64,000 nt of DNA from Amphiscolops sp. MND2022 (Eukaryota), in the NCBI GenBank assembly GCA_964187785.1, contig OZ076413.1, positions 25,420,001 to 25,484,000 on the forward strand, given 5' to 3'. The position numbers and the translations under genes were made by a program. The notes below the pieces were generated by a model, which did no database searches, was not told the origin of the DNA, and saw only the letters and a program-made list of their open reading frames with translations. Shown piece after piece: positions 1-12,600 of this stretch; the first letter of the stretch is position 1, and each line of letters begins with the position of its first letter.

Positions 1-221
1 AAATAAAAGTATATCATTACTCTGAAATTTATCGGGTTCAATGTTTTCAAATTTCAAGCAAAAAGTGTTAAAGTTCTCAAAAACTTTTCCGTGTTTGTTT
101 CCGTTCCAAAAATGTCGGAGCGCTCTTTTGGCCAGCCACTGGAGTTCTCCTATACTTTATAATGGATGCCATTTGGTGTGTCCAAGCGGGGTCGCTGATT
201 TGTATCTACTATTTGGCTCAC

Positions 222-1878
222 CTGTTGTTCTTTTTTGACGACTGAGACAGCGTGCAAATAGTAGCCATAGGAAGCAAAGGACACCAAGTAACAAGAGCAA
301 TGTGTTAAACAGCCAAAACAATGTGCCCTGTGCATCCTTCCACTCACCCCATTGAGAGTAATTAATTCTGAAAAAATTTACCACTAGAACAATGACGTCA
401 TTCTTGAGGAAACTTGAAACGTTCCGCAACGTTTACAAGCTCATATATGTTTACGAATGTGTGAAAAATCAACAACCATACGTAGCTTGTTATGATAAGA
501 GCTTCAATTAAAATCATTTTTATCATCAGGATTGCTGGATCATTTTTGATTGATCGAAACACGTTGCGCCGAACACTGAAAACGCCAAAAATTGGAAAAC
601 TGAAAGTCATCACAAATATTATAATATTCGGCTGTTACGTTTAAAAAGATCGGAAAAAACTTTTTCAATTCTCGTATATTGTTATCGATGCTTTTTTCCC
701 AAAATTACACATAATTTGCGTCCATTGTACAGCCTTAGGGTCAGGTTTTCAGTACTATAAGACTTCTAGACTTTCGGAAAATCTTTGTTCAACAAGTGAT
801 ACTAAAACCATGTCCGCGGGTACACTTCTGTGCCTTGAGTTTATACAAAAGTTTTAGCGATGATATATTTCGAATGATGTTATCGCTGAAACACAAGTTT
901 TGAAAGATATCCAAGTTATATCTTGCCTAATTTTGCAAATTGTTAGACGCCGGGTAACCGTTGCAATACCTATGAAAAACTTGTTTTGTGATTTTGATTG
1001 ACGATTTCCTCACCTGTAACAACTTTCATTAGTTTTGCATATGTTGTCACAGCAAACAGTTTGGTTCTCTCTGACGTACACCTTGGCATCGGCATATTGT
1101 TCGCAATTGGATGAGTTGGTACAGTTCGGAGTGACATGCTCCATATAGATGCTCATATTCTCCCATTCTTGCGGGTAGTACCTGAATTATAGAACATTTT
1201 GACTGTTTAAAACTATTGGAAAAGAGAGAAGTGATAAAGAGAAAAGTTTGTCGTGAACGCACATAGTGTCCAAAATTTTTCACTGAGCGAAACTTTTGTC
1301 ATACGTAGAATCCTACCTAGCATTTTCCCTGTAACAATCAAGATTTTGGGCAAGAGATTTTTTTTATGAAACTTGACCTAGTTTTATAATTCAATAAAAT
1401 CGAAAGTTGCGAAGTAATAAAATACGAACAAGCATTATTTTTTTAGAGATTTATAAGTAAGAGTCATAACTGTTCTAAATGAACTCCAGCTTGCATTGTT
1501 TTCTGATTTCCTTCCAGTTTTTCCAAAGTTTGGATCCAAGGGCAAATTTTCTTTGAGCCATAGATCTGCCATAGATGAGAACACTCTCAGTACCTAGCGG
1601 GCACCATCTCTTATCAAGGACAGATACGCTACAAGACGTCATAAGTTTTGCGCATGATTTTAAAACTCTGAAGCTAAAATTACTGAACGTTTTGTGTAGT
1701 GACCCACTAACATTTGGCAATGTTCGAATGGGTGACATTCGCCTCCACAGCATCTGTCGAAATCAACTCTTGGAATGCAGGTGTCGTCATTTGTGCAGAA
1801 AGTCCAGTTTCCAGAAGACACAGTTTCCAGCAAAGAGGCCACCAGCAGCAGCCATGAAGCTGAAATATGAGGCATCAT
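222..1878 (-). CDS. Candidate multi-exon host gene (possibly pseudogene): signal peptide, Cys-rich repeats and one transmembrane helix
   Basis: Exon 1878-1712 encodes MMPHISASWLLLVASLLETVSSG (signal-peptide-like) then CTNDDTC...CCGGECHPFEHC. Exon 1181-1014 encodes a similar module (CTNSSNC...CCDNICKTNESC). Exon 367-222 encodes TLFWLFNTLLLLLGVLCFLWLLFA followed by basic RCLSRQKR and a GTGAGC donor. GT-AG introns 1711-1668 and 1013-970 are both 44 nt. Some exon phases do not join cleanly and there is an in-frame TAG in the exon starting at 969. Confidence 0.5.
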
Positions 1879-2508
1879 TCAGGGGACCATGTGTCGTATT
1901 CCTCCCCCCAAGCGGCCACAAGGTACCATTATGTCGACAATGTTTGCGTTGAAATTTTGGTCCAATGAAACAGTTGTAGACATAATCCTATCCATTACAT
2001 TGACTGTCAGTTAAAAGTTGCGTTTAGAAGTGTCAAAACAGAGACAATCCTTTAAGTATGTACATTCATTTAATATGCTCTTATTAGTGAAATATTTCTA
2101 TTCAAGAACAAATTGTACTTTCTTGTTGGGGGGGAGGTATGTTGGCAGAAAAATTTTAGAATGCCGGAATCCTGCAAAAAATGCCAGAAAACAAAACTGG
2201 ACAAAAAAATATAGCTAGGCGTTAGCTGCAAACGAAGTTTTAGACTTGAAGAGCTGTTAAAACGGCTGAAAATTCTAGCTCTCAAGCTGGTGCAAAAATA
2301 TCGTCCTTATTTTCGAAAAAAATAACTAGGCAGTGAAAAGTTACGTAGGTAAAATCAAAAAAGTGCCCGAAAAACAAGCCGAAACGCAAGGATTCGTCCT
2401 TGTCTCCTCATGTCTGGACTACGGCCCTCAGCAGCCAGAGCAACCCAGTTCCAGGACGTGGCCCTGTGACGCTTGCCAGGGACAACAAGCCAGAAGCCCA
2501 GGGAGTGA

Positions 2509-3207
2509 TGTAACGGCAACTTCCGATGTCAAACTTTTCGAAAAAAATTTCGTTCCAATAAGACGTGACAGCTTGAACAAGTTTGAAACAAAGGAAGAAT
2601 AAGTCCCCCAGAATAAGTCCGAAAAGACAAAGCAAGCCTCCCGCGAGAACGAGAGAAACTGAACCAGCAGAAAGAGCAGCTATTCGCGTGTATTTTCACG
2701 GTATTTGGCAATTTCTGAGAAAAGTTCACTACTTTTGTAGTAGAAACCAGTGAATCCGGATGTCTGCCTAAGATCCCTGTTGGTGTCCGGTGGTGCCCTT
2801 TTTCCATGGACAAAATGAACTTGAACTGTGTTATTTTATGTATTTGTTTGCGTAACTTAGACTGAAAGGCTCGAGAAATGTCTGTATAACATTTGTGCTA
2901 CTTTGTTATTGGCGACTGATCAAATTTCCCAGATCTACGGTTTAAATTAAAATTATTCTTTTGGCCCCTTTTTAACAAGCTGAATAGGCAGTGGTCTTTA
3001 GTCCAAGAAAGATACCTGCTATTCTTAGCAGGTAAAGGCCGGGACCAGGCCAGAGAGCATACTATAAGACGGTTCCCCCTCCTTGGGACTGGCATCCACT
3101 GGAGGCAAAATGAGCTAGGGCCATGAAGATCTAAGTCCCGGACCACATTAAGAGTTATGGTTCCTCCTCTTCTAGGTTTCGGTTAAGCACCAGGGCTTGT
3201 CGTTTCA
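2509..3207 (+). repeat. LTR copy 1
   Basis: Starts TGTAACGGCAAC and ends GCTTGTCGTTTCA. Homologous to 15018-15727, 37204-37928 and the reverse complement of 52065-52791. Confidence 0.85.
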
Positions 3208-5739
3208 TTGAAACTCAATCCCACTGAGGGATCGTCTTGGGAAGGTTTCACTAGCGGTTTTTAAAATATCTGGCCCCCTGGTGATCAGCGGCAAGTCCGA
3301 TTCGACTCTGACAATGGAGGAGAGAGCAGAGTTTTACCTACCTTTTTTTAGTCGTATCACGTCCTACCGGAAGTTGAAACGGTCTAGAGCCAGAGATAAC
3401 TGAAAAAATCTCATTTTCAGGTGCAAAAATGGCATTTTTAGAAAAAAAAATCGCCAATTTTGTGTGATATGTTGTGTGCCCATCAGCGGGTACCGTTTTG
3501 CAAGTGTATGTGACCGTAGCGTGTGGCTACGGGTGTTTAACAGGCTTTCTAAACTTTTTTCAGCAATTTTTATGCCATGCAAGTGGGTGACTGGTGGGTG
3601 GTTAGCCATGTTGCAGCCGGACGATTTAAGGGTGAAATCAAGTGTTGCAGACTTTCTACTCCCATGTCTTGTGGAGACGTCCTAAATTTATGGTTTTCGA
3701 TGGAAAGTTTGTGCAAGAATAGACGATGCTAATGGTCTATACTGTGTGTCTCTATCTGGTCTAGATGTGGAGAAAAAGCGCAGCGAAGCTACACCCCCTG
3801 TGACCGAAGGTGTTGCTCCGATGGCTTATGGTTGGCCAAACTATTGAGATTGCACCTTTTTCGACTCGGAATCGTGTGCAGGTCAGAAACGCTTCTTCAC
3901 TATTGTAACGAGGCCCCAGGGAGTGTTTGGTGCGAAAAACATACCACTTGTGAGAAGAAATCCCCATTTTTGGCAATTTTAGGTGTTTTTCTTGGTTTTG
4001 AGCGCTAGTCCTTGACGAAATTGTGAAGAAAATGTTCTTAGAGCAGCTACTAGTCTCGAGAAAGCTAGCACAAGGTGCGGAAAGCGCCAAAGTTGTGTCG
4101 AAAAATGTGGAAGAAACGGAAAAGGGGTCAAATAAAAACGTACCCAAAAAAACAAGAGTACACAAGTGTAAAAGTTTAAAAAGTCGGTGTAAAGCAATTC
4201 TTTCAGCGGAATTAACCCACAGGGCACTAATCGCTTCTTTTGCTTGAAGCTGGTATTTCTGCAAGAAACATGCAGCTTTATTTTTTTTCAGGTATAACTT
4301 AGTGCATTGTCTGAAACCCCAGAGTGCAAAGCTTAGTTGGCGTTTAGGGTCCTTCAAATCCTCATGTTGTGTTTGTTCAGCGAAGACGACGTGTGGTAGT
4401 GAAAACCACATCTGAAAATTCCCTCTACGAAAAGTGGAAAAATGCACTGAATTTGATTGATTTTCCACAAAACCGGACTGTCTCTGAGTTGGGTCAGGTC
4501 ACGTCACTGATTATCGAACCCTGGCCAAAAGTTGAGCGCTTTTTCGTTATCACCACTGAAATAAACACTAAGGCCAAAAACTTGATGGGCGTAACGTTCA
4601 CCTGATCCGAGAAAAGCTCTCTGACGTTTCGAACTTAGAGAAGCGAAGGAGGTCGAAAAAAATCCAAAACTGTAAAACCACTGGTGCCTGATGTTCGTTA
4701 GGTATTGCAAAAAGGAGGCCTATTCCAGTGCTGCAGCTAGTGGAGCAACACGTTTGTCCCATTTCCCCCTCCATATTACCTTTTAAGGCGACCCTCTTAG
4801 CTGATTTGTGAAAAAGTAATCAAAAACAGTGTTTTTTGTGAATAGTCTACATATCGGGTCGAAACATAGAAGAAACCTGGCGCCTCAGTTCGACCATCCC
4901 AGTGGCATTGTGGGGACGTACTGGAATGTAATAGCATGTTTAGGGCCGATCCTTGCAGTACTTGTTTCAAACTTAGTCAAAACAGATTGCACAAAAAGGT
5001 GCGCGAAAGACAGTTTTTCGTGATACCTTCAAGTGAACCCGTCTCCTTAGCCGAAAAATGGGGCTAAAATGGTACCCATCATCGTGAAGTGTACTGGTTA
5101 CTACGTTGTTGCAGAGAATTGGAGATTGATATCTTTTTCTACTTGACCACATTTTTGAACTAGACGTGAAAAACAGCGCACCTCGGTACATAGTGGTGCC
5201 GCCCGACTGTACTCCGTGAAATTGTGTAGAAAAAGTGTAACTCAAATCTGATCTCTTTTCCGTGAAACTTCGTGTACCTATAGTCTGTCGGTCAATTTTG
5301 GGCTAGATACGGCACTTTGGGTGCACACACGAACCAGTTGAGCGTTGACAGGAAGTTTTCGAAAAAAATCAAAATTCTTGAAAAGTGTCCTGTTGGTGCT
5401 TGGAGTTTTAAAAAATCTCAAACCAGGTTGACTTTCAATATCAGTGTGCTTGTCGGAAAGCGCTGTGCAGTACGAACAGCCTACAAGCCCTAAAACGTGT
5501 TTCGAAAAATTTGGGACACCAAAAAGTATCATTTTGTTTGTCCCCACCGACACGAGCAACTCTTTATAGGGCTCTATAGAATTCTTGTGGTGTACTAGAA
5601 TTACTTCACTGCACTCTTCGAGCACGTGTTGAGTAGCCTAGACCCAGACAACGCGCTTATAGCGAAGCCACACGCTTTTGCTTGTCTCTACACTGAGTAG
5701 TGGATTCCTGTGCACCTGAAGTGTGAACCTTTCAGCGGC

Positions 5740-8215
5740 CATGATGTGGCGTCACGGTGCCATACGTCGGTAACGGTCTCTATTTGAGAGGGGCAATGAC
5801 ATCTCAATGCCGCTAATTGAGTTACTCGTCAGTAGCACCGAGCACTTAAATGTGCGGCAGGGGTCCTCGCTCGAATCCTCAGCGAGCAGTTTACGTCTTT
5901 CGGGAGAAATGTCTGATGATATATCTCTTGAGCAACAACGCAAGAAGGATATGGCGTCAATAGCCTCCTTCAGAAGGTTCAGTGGTGTCCGAAGGATCCA
6001 GGCGTACTGAACAATGGATCAACAACATGCGGGGTGGGCGAACACCCTCACCTCGCGAAGAAGGTCGCTGGCCCGATTCAAATATTGCCAATGTGCCGGT
6101 GAATGAGAGTTGCTCTCGCGCAGCCGCCGAAGTCGACAGTCCATAGAGACAAAACACACAGGAACTGTTGCAAGTCCTCAGTTACGTGGGAGGAATGAGT
6201 TTTGCCGGACAACGTGTACAAGACCCTGTGGATATGGAAAGCACAAGAAAGTCAGACCTTCTCTGGTAAATGTACCAAGTGAATTGTGAGCAGGTGACAG
6301 GCCCCGTGCACGGAGCATAGCGAACTCTGTGGCTTCGTCTGTATACAAAGCCGCTGTATTGGAAGCACCTGTGGAGTCACAGCAGTGCAGAAAACACTGC
6401 ATGAAGGGTTGCAAGCTAGTGACCAAATGCGCACGGCTCAGACCATGCAAGCCGTCAGAATGGTAACGATGAGTCATCGTCTGGGCGAAATAAATGGTTT
6501 GTTACTCCAGCGAGAGCTGCGCGCGGAGACTCAGATCTACGATTTAAGCAACCAAATGAACTCGGTGCTCAATGCTATCAAAATGTTGCGTCGCATTAAG
6601 ATGGAGCTGCGTCAGGGGCCTGAGGGTGGAACCAAGACCGTGAAGGCGAGCTCCTCTTCGAGCACATCTGCAGGACTTAACGCATCCAAACCCATTGCTG
6701 AGGAAACCAAGGTCAAGGATCCCATGCTAAGTGTATCTGATGCTGAACGTAAGCCTGCACGAATGCAGTTGAGAGGACCCCATGATTCTAGCTCGACCCT
6801 GTTATCCACAAAGAACACGGCAATGGTTGATACCCGGGACCAAGGGATGGATCACATCACTATCATCCTGGATTCTACCGTTGCCGACCAATCCAGTACC
6901 AAGGCAACTCTGGGATCTCAAATTAATGACGCCATGTTCAAACTAACACAAGCAAACGATGTTCTCTGGACCATGTTCTTTGTATTTGACTGCAGATAAT
7001 GATGTGCCTGCGGGCCTCTCCTGTGCAAGCGGCCGTTGACTTGTCTGTACAGGCCACCAGGGGCAGCGATGACACCACCTGCGATACGGAATCAAAGAAG
7101 GAAGCAGAAATCTCTCCGCCGAGCAATTGATGTTCAGCGCCGCTATTTCGAAGGCTAGGTCTAAAGAACTAGCTCCTCGGCTAGCTGGACGAGTTTGAGC
7201 ACAAGCGAGGCCTCGCGTCTACCGAGGATTTCGCGAAGGCTCTTTTGACGTAAGGATCCTGGTAATGCGAAGATACCGGGAAAGAACACAGTCGAAAATG
7301 TCCTTGGACGATCAAGCTTGTAGGATCATCGGGACCCTCGAGGACGAGGATCGTTACTACGTCATCAACAAAGCCGAGACTGAACGTGATACCCCAGCAA
7401 AAGTGTCTGAGCTTCTGCCCAGTCACTTTGGCACTGCAGGTCGAGCCCAACAAGAGAAGGAGGACGAGATGCAACACTCGGATGCCCTTGACGGTCTCCG
7501 TAGTCAAAGATTTCCTCAAGAATCTATAATCACTAAGCGTTATGAAATCCTGCAGAGCTTCATGCAAGGCGTGCGCGACCCCGCGTTGCGGCGAGAATTT
7601 GCCATCGTGAACGCCTCAGAAACCTTTTTGACGGACCCTTCTACTGTGGAGTCCTTGCACTTCACCACGCGCCAGCTCCAGCGCAACCGCCTTAAGGCAC
7701 CACCACAACCATACGATCCCAGAAAAGCAATGAGGTCTAGACCTCATCCTTTCGTGCCTCTACAACCCAATAAGAAGGCATTAGCGCAGGGTGTAGTACC
7801 ACCCCCTGCACCCCCTTTGAATGCACCGGCTGGTCCTACTGCCACCCCAGCTAGAGCGCCGTTGGGCGCATGCTTCAACTGCGAGCAAAACGGGCACTTT
7901 GCTCGTGAGTGTCCTAATCCAGACAAAATCCGCGAACCTGCAGTAAACCAACCTGACCTGGATGAAGCCTTGATGGCCACTGTGGAAGACTGCTCAGAGT
8001 TCGTAGCCGAAAATGGAGCGCATTTCAGCGTGAATTGTGGTATGATAGATCACGTGGCCTCACAGTGTATGAAAAACCGGTCAGTGACTATTTTGCTTTC
8101 AGTCGGTGGGTCGAAACTGACAACGACGGCATTGCTGATCAAACATTTCCGGTTGAAGATGATCGAGTGCTGTTTCTGCATTCTGGAGAGCTACCCACAA
8201 TGTGTACTCCACTAA
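5740..8215 (+). pseudogene. gag: gag-like polyprotein, frameshifted; helical N-terminal part plus zinc knuckles
   Basis: ORF pieces 5807-6010, 6385-6999 and 7265-8215. CFNCEQNGHFAREC (CX2CX4HX4C) at 7871-7912 and a second degenerate knuckle (NCGMIDHVASQC) near 8030-8070, after a Pro-rich stretch. N-terminal boundary is approximate. Confidence 0.8.
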
Positions 8216-8430
8216 CTGTCACTTGTGGGGAGAAGCGAGTACAGACCTGCTTGAAGCTGACTACATTCGATCCACTACGTCGGACGCTAATATCGCTGCA
8301 TTTGGTATTGGCCTCTGAACGAAAGCAGCGCCCCAACCCGACCTTGCACAAGCAGATTGTAGTGACACGCTCCGACGAGTGCTGTGTTGGAGGAGAGTCT
8401 AAAACATTGTCATCTTAAGCACCCGTCCCG

Positions 8431-8960
8431 ATGAGCGCAACATTAGATGGTGTCGATATGAAGTTCGATGCCTGCGGGGTCATGGACATGTTTCCTCCTG
8501 GAATCTGCCGGGATCGCCAGGAGTTGAGATGCCACAATATCAGTCGACAAGAACCTACCGGAGAAGCCCGCTTTGATGAGGGTGCGTCGCTTGTGGTATC
8601 CTTCGTAGACCCCGAAGCCGCGCCGATACCTTTCAGAGGGGTAAATGACACTGGCTCTGGTGAATATATCTGGACATTCTCAGCTTTCAACAGGAGAGCA
8701 TTGCAGACTGGTGATGTGTTGCGCCCCTACCGTATCGACTTGTACGCCGCCAAAGAATGACCATTAAGACATTCGGTATGATGGAGCGTGTGCGCCTCCA
8801 ACTGGTTGGCTACGAGTTGGAAGCCAACTTTGTGGTCGTGGAATGTGCAATGGGAGCCGAGCTTTCTACTGGGCGGAAACTTCCTCGGATCTATCAAGTT
8901 CCGGTCAACTTGACGGCCATGAGAATTGTAGTGTTAGCGCAAGTTAAGCATATTTGGCAC
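8431..8960 (+). pseudogene. pol: Retropepsin-type aspartic protease (pol N-terminus), frameshifted
   Basis: FRGVNDTGSG with DTG at 8647-8655, followed by RPYRIDLYAA..TIKTFGM..RVRLQL.GYELEANFVVV and an LLG-like motif in a shifted frame. Confidence 0.8.
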
Positions 8961-9443
8961 CACGCCCATACACAGGTTGTTGACTCTAATTCTGCCATTC
9001 CTTTATCTCTAGCGCAGCAGGTTGTATTGCAGCATTTTGAGAGGATGGTAGCTCGAGCTGCCGTAGTAACCAAAACTTTGGAACCACTGATTTTCCAAAC
9101 TTTTGTGCCCAATGCTTTCCTCACCGACGTATCCTTGCACACTGCCATCTTTTTAGAGGATAGCGTGGCCACTATTGGCGAGAGAGACCATCCAGTAGAT
9201 ACAATCCTCCAGAAGTTGTCGTTGCCTTGCGTAGGGGAAGTCCTGTGCCCCAGGTTTAAGGAGTGGTCCAGTGATGGAAATAGCCTGGAATTCATCCTGG
9301 CTACCGTGGTACCCCCTGTGCTGAGCAATAATTCGTTCGGACAATTCAATTTTGAGCGAGAGCCTGTGCAAATTGGTACTAATGTCCGCGTAGTCCTACA
9401 TAACCGCGTGTATGTGTACATACTCAGCGTGGAGGTGGGCTGA
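8757..9443 (+). pseudogene. pol: pol remnant: protease linker fused through two deletions to the extreme pol C-terminus
   Basis: EDSVATIGE (matches right copy ~62720) joins directly to DHPVDTILQKLSLP (right copy ~59550) near 9183. EREPVQ joins to GTNVRVVL (right copy ~58545) near 9372. Confidence 0.8.
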
Positions 9444-9695
9444 AAACATTAAACATTTATTTCTTTGTAAAATCTTCTCCGCGAGAGCCTCAAGCACTCC
9501 TACGTAGTTGAATGCATCTCTGTTAACCTCATATTTTGTTCTTTGTTTGTTTTAGCAAATTTTAGTCAAACTACATGTAGATCGGTCGAGCGCCCTTATG
9601 GAGCTCGTTTTGCTCTATACTGCATATGTTAGTGAGACTTTTGCTCTAACCATCTTAGTATTTTAAGCAATCTGGCGCACACCTTTTTTAGACAT

Positions 9696-12600
9696 ATGAG
9701 CACAGCATGGCATTTTACCCTACGTCCACAGTGCTTTCGTCAAATGCTTAATGGCATCCCAAGGACTCAAGAAGGTGCTCGAGCGCAGTGTGTCAATCAT
9801 GCCCAGTATGTCGAAGAACGCCTAAGAAACGGCATCCCGCCTGTGGAAGTTGCCGGAATAGATGCCGTGCTGGCGCTGGCAGGCATGTCTCTCGCCATAG
9901 TCACCCATGTAGCTGGCTACCGGCGCACTTCCACTTGCCAAAATACCGCATGGGACGGGTACGACTTAACCCGGTAATTTTTTAATGAGCGTTCCACCGC
10001 TGTATATGGACCTATTCAAAGTAATGCTCTCGAGCAAGAGCATCCTTGAGGATGATGCCGCCAATTCTACCACGCCCCAGCAACATCAACCTCTCCAGAT
10101 GGTAAATTATCAACTTCTGGTGTCTCAGGGCTCTTTTGGAGCTATTTAACCGGGGGCCTCTACTGAGTTTAGCAACAAAGACCCTCAGATCAGCAAATAC
10201 CGGTCAAACTACAGAAGTATCACGTCATAGACCCGCCCCATTAATGATATGTGGGGACCAGCGTCAAGCGACTTCAATCTGTAGGCAATTACTCAGAAGC
10301 TTTGAGAAAGCGTACCTTCTAGTACTCATCGAATTAACTTTAGTTACAGAAGCATCGACTTCCTCGCAGCATTGGGCATACCTTGAAAGTGGTAAGTACC
10401 TTTTACCTGTCCGCAAAGCAACAGCACCAACTGACTGAGGAAAATCTGATAGTGAATAGGGTTCATTCAAAGGGTTTCCCTATTCCAGATCAACATAGTC
10501 CCAACGGAATGCATCTCTACGACTGGAGTGCCATTCACTACAAAATTCACAGACGTCAAGAGACAATGATGCGTTCGACAGCGATTGCCACTCCCGAGGG
10601 AGCTGAGATGGGACCATACCCCGATTCTCATAGAAGAACTTTTGTAGGTAGTTTTTGTGTCCCCCTGTTGTCAGGACTGTTGAGGATTTGGTTCCAGGCG
10701 TCGTCTACTGAGCAACCTTGGTTGACACATAACAGTAGCACTCATACTCTGGTGACTGATCTGCCGGGGAGGTGAGCTTTACCTGTCCGAAGATGGAGCT
10801 TCCAGCCACTCGTGAAGGCATCCTTGAACTGATCCACCAACCTCTGGTACCAATACCGACACTAGTTACGTCTTCCTGCGCTGGTTTCCCTGGGACGCCA
10901 CCTTGAGCCCTGCATATGATTTTACAAGCGACGTCTAACGCACCGCAGCCTGCTCTGGGCCCCGTCTTGCACCGTTACCGAACCCGTATCTCGTTTTCCG
11001 GAAACTGGGAGAGCAGGCAGTAATAGTAACGCTGCAAGCCGTAGCTAATTGTCCTGACACTTTATACTTTGTGGAAGCCATTTCACATGTACTACCAGGA
11101 ATGTCTGCATACCTGCAAGCCACGGCGAAGCCTTCGGCTTGCGCACGTCAAGTACCACCAATTGAATCCCTGCCTATGGAAGTACAAGCCACGGAAAACA
11201 CCAGCGAGGCAAAACCGCAACTGGTGGCTGCCACTAGTGACGAAGCAGGACAAAAGAGGTCGCCGCAGGAGGCAACCGCCTCAACCGCAGCAGCCGCAGA
11301 GACGGCCAGACCAAACAGCTGTCCGCCGCCTGGCAAGCAACAGTAATCCGAGCCACCTCAGCCAAACATGTGCAGTGTCGTCATTCCTGTACACCCGACA
11401 GTTGATTAGCGAGGCCCTGTCTTACCACAAATGTGCATGGATGAAGCCAGAGAGACATATGGAACTACGGAAGCCAGCTCTAACGAGAGCTCTGTGCCTT
11501 CGGGCACATCAACGTCTTCAACTGAGCAAGTGGAGACTCCCCCGCGGAACCCATCGAACCCGCTGAAACTCTTCAATAATCCTATCTTCCACCGTGTGAC
11601 GACGTTTCCGGTTCGGTCGTCACCAAACGCATATGGGAGGCCGCCGAGTTCTTTCTTGCCTAGAGGTACATCATAAAGAAACTATGTCCCCCAACGACGA
11701 GGACCAAAAAGCGGTGAACCAATACAACATCGTAGCCAACGTCACCCACGCGCTACGTGCTTATGACGCTGACATGACTGAGCAGGCATGGGAGCAAAGT
11801 GCTCAGGAAAGACTACCACCAACGCCTCACGGTTATTTGACCGCACTGCAGCACAACCTGACGGAGCAATTCCCTTCGAGGTACAGACGGGAAAACATGG
11901 GAGGATAATGCCAGATATGCGAGCACCCGTCATCTCTGAAGCCTCTCCTCAAGAGCGTGCTGCAGCGAGCCCGCTACTGTTTGGTAGTGGACTTCACCTT
12001 CCAAACTGACTTGCCTGTTGACAACCATGATGTCGGATGTAGTGGTGGTGACCATGCCACTTGCCCGCATCCCGAGATGGACGAAATGGCTGTGGCGATA
12101 TTCGCACCTGAGCTTTCGGGCTCTCTAAGAAAGAGCTACCACCACAGCGTGTGATCTTCGCGAACCTTCCAGATCACATGGCTTGGGAAGGATTGCTAGT
12201 GGAGATTAACGCAGCCATCATGATGCAAGATAGCAACCACCCTGAGCGAGCTGGACACCTGGTACAGCTGGTGGCCAAGGCAATGGAGATTGCCATCGAT
12301 ATCCTTCAGGGTCGGTTAGGAGCGTCCGCTCTATTGTGTCGCCGCCCGGCTTGATGTACTTGGGAAGGAATTTCCAAAGATTCATGTACTTGTTGATGGA
12401 AGTCTGCAAGGCCCGCCGCATTAACTTTGCTATCTGTGCGCCGAACTTGCGCGTTGGCGCGGCGACTTTGGGCCAGCAGCTATATTTCATCATGCCTACA
12501 TAGCCGCCATTTCAAGAGTGGTACAGTCCTTTGATTGCTTGGGCCACGCCCAGCTGACGTCAGATGATGCCATTCACTACGACCTTGGAATAACGATGGG

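Noticed and set aside
3265-3295. TGGCCCCCTGGTGATCAGCGG as primer-binding site
   Set aside because: It lies ~60 bp from the LTR end rather than adjacent to it, and I cannot match it to a tRNA 3' end.
3761-4468. 235-aa minus-strand ORF in the retroelement leader
   Set aside because: No recognisable domain, composition looks like the antisense of A-rich leader DNA, and no second copy is available in the window to test it.
8894-9421. Antisense ORFs over pol (also 59463-60017 and 61415-61915)
   Set aside because: They are shadow frames of authentic pol coding sequence.
10391-10675. GTAAGT...TCAG segment as an intron gained in left ORF2
   Set aside because: An open, protein-like frame (10383-10775) runs through it and the right copy keeps the GTGAGT end, so a deletion in the right copy is simpler.
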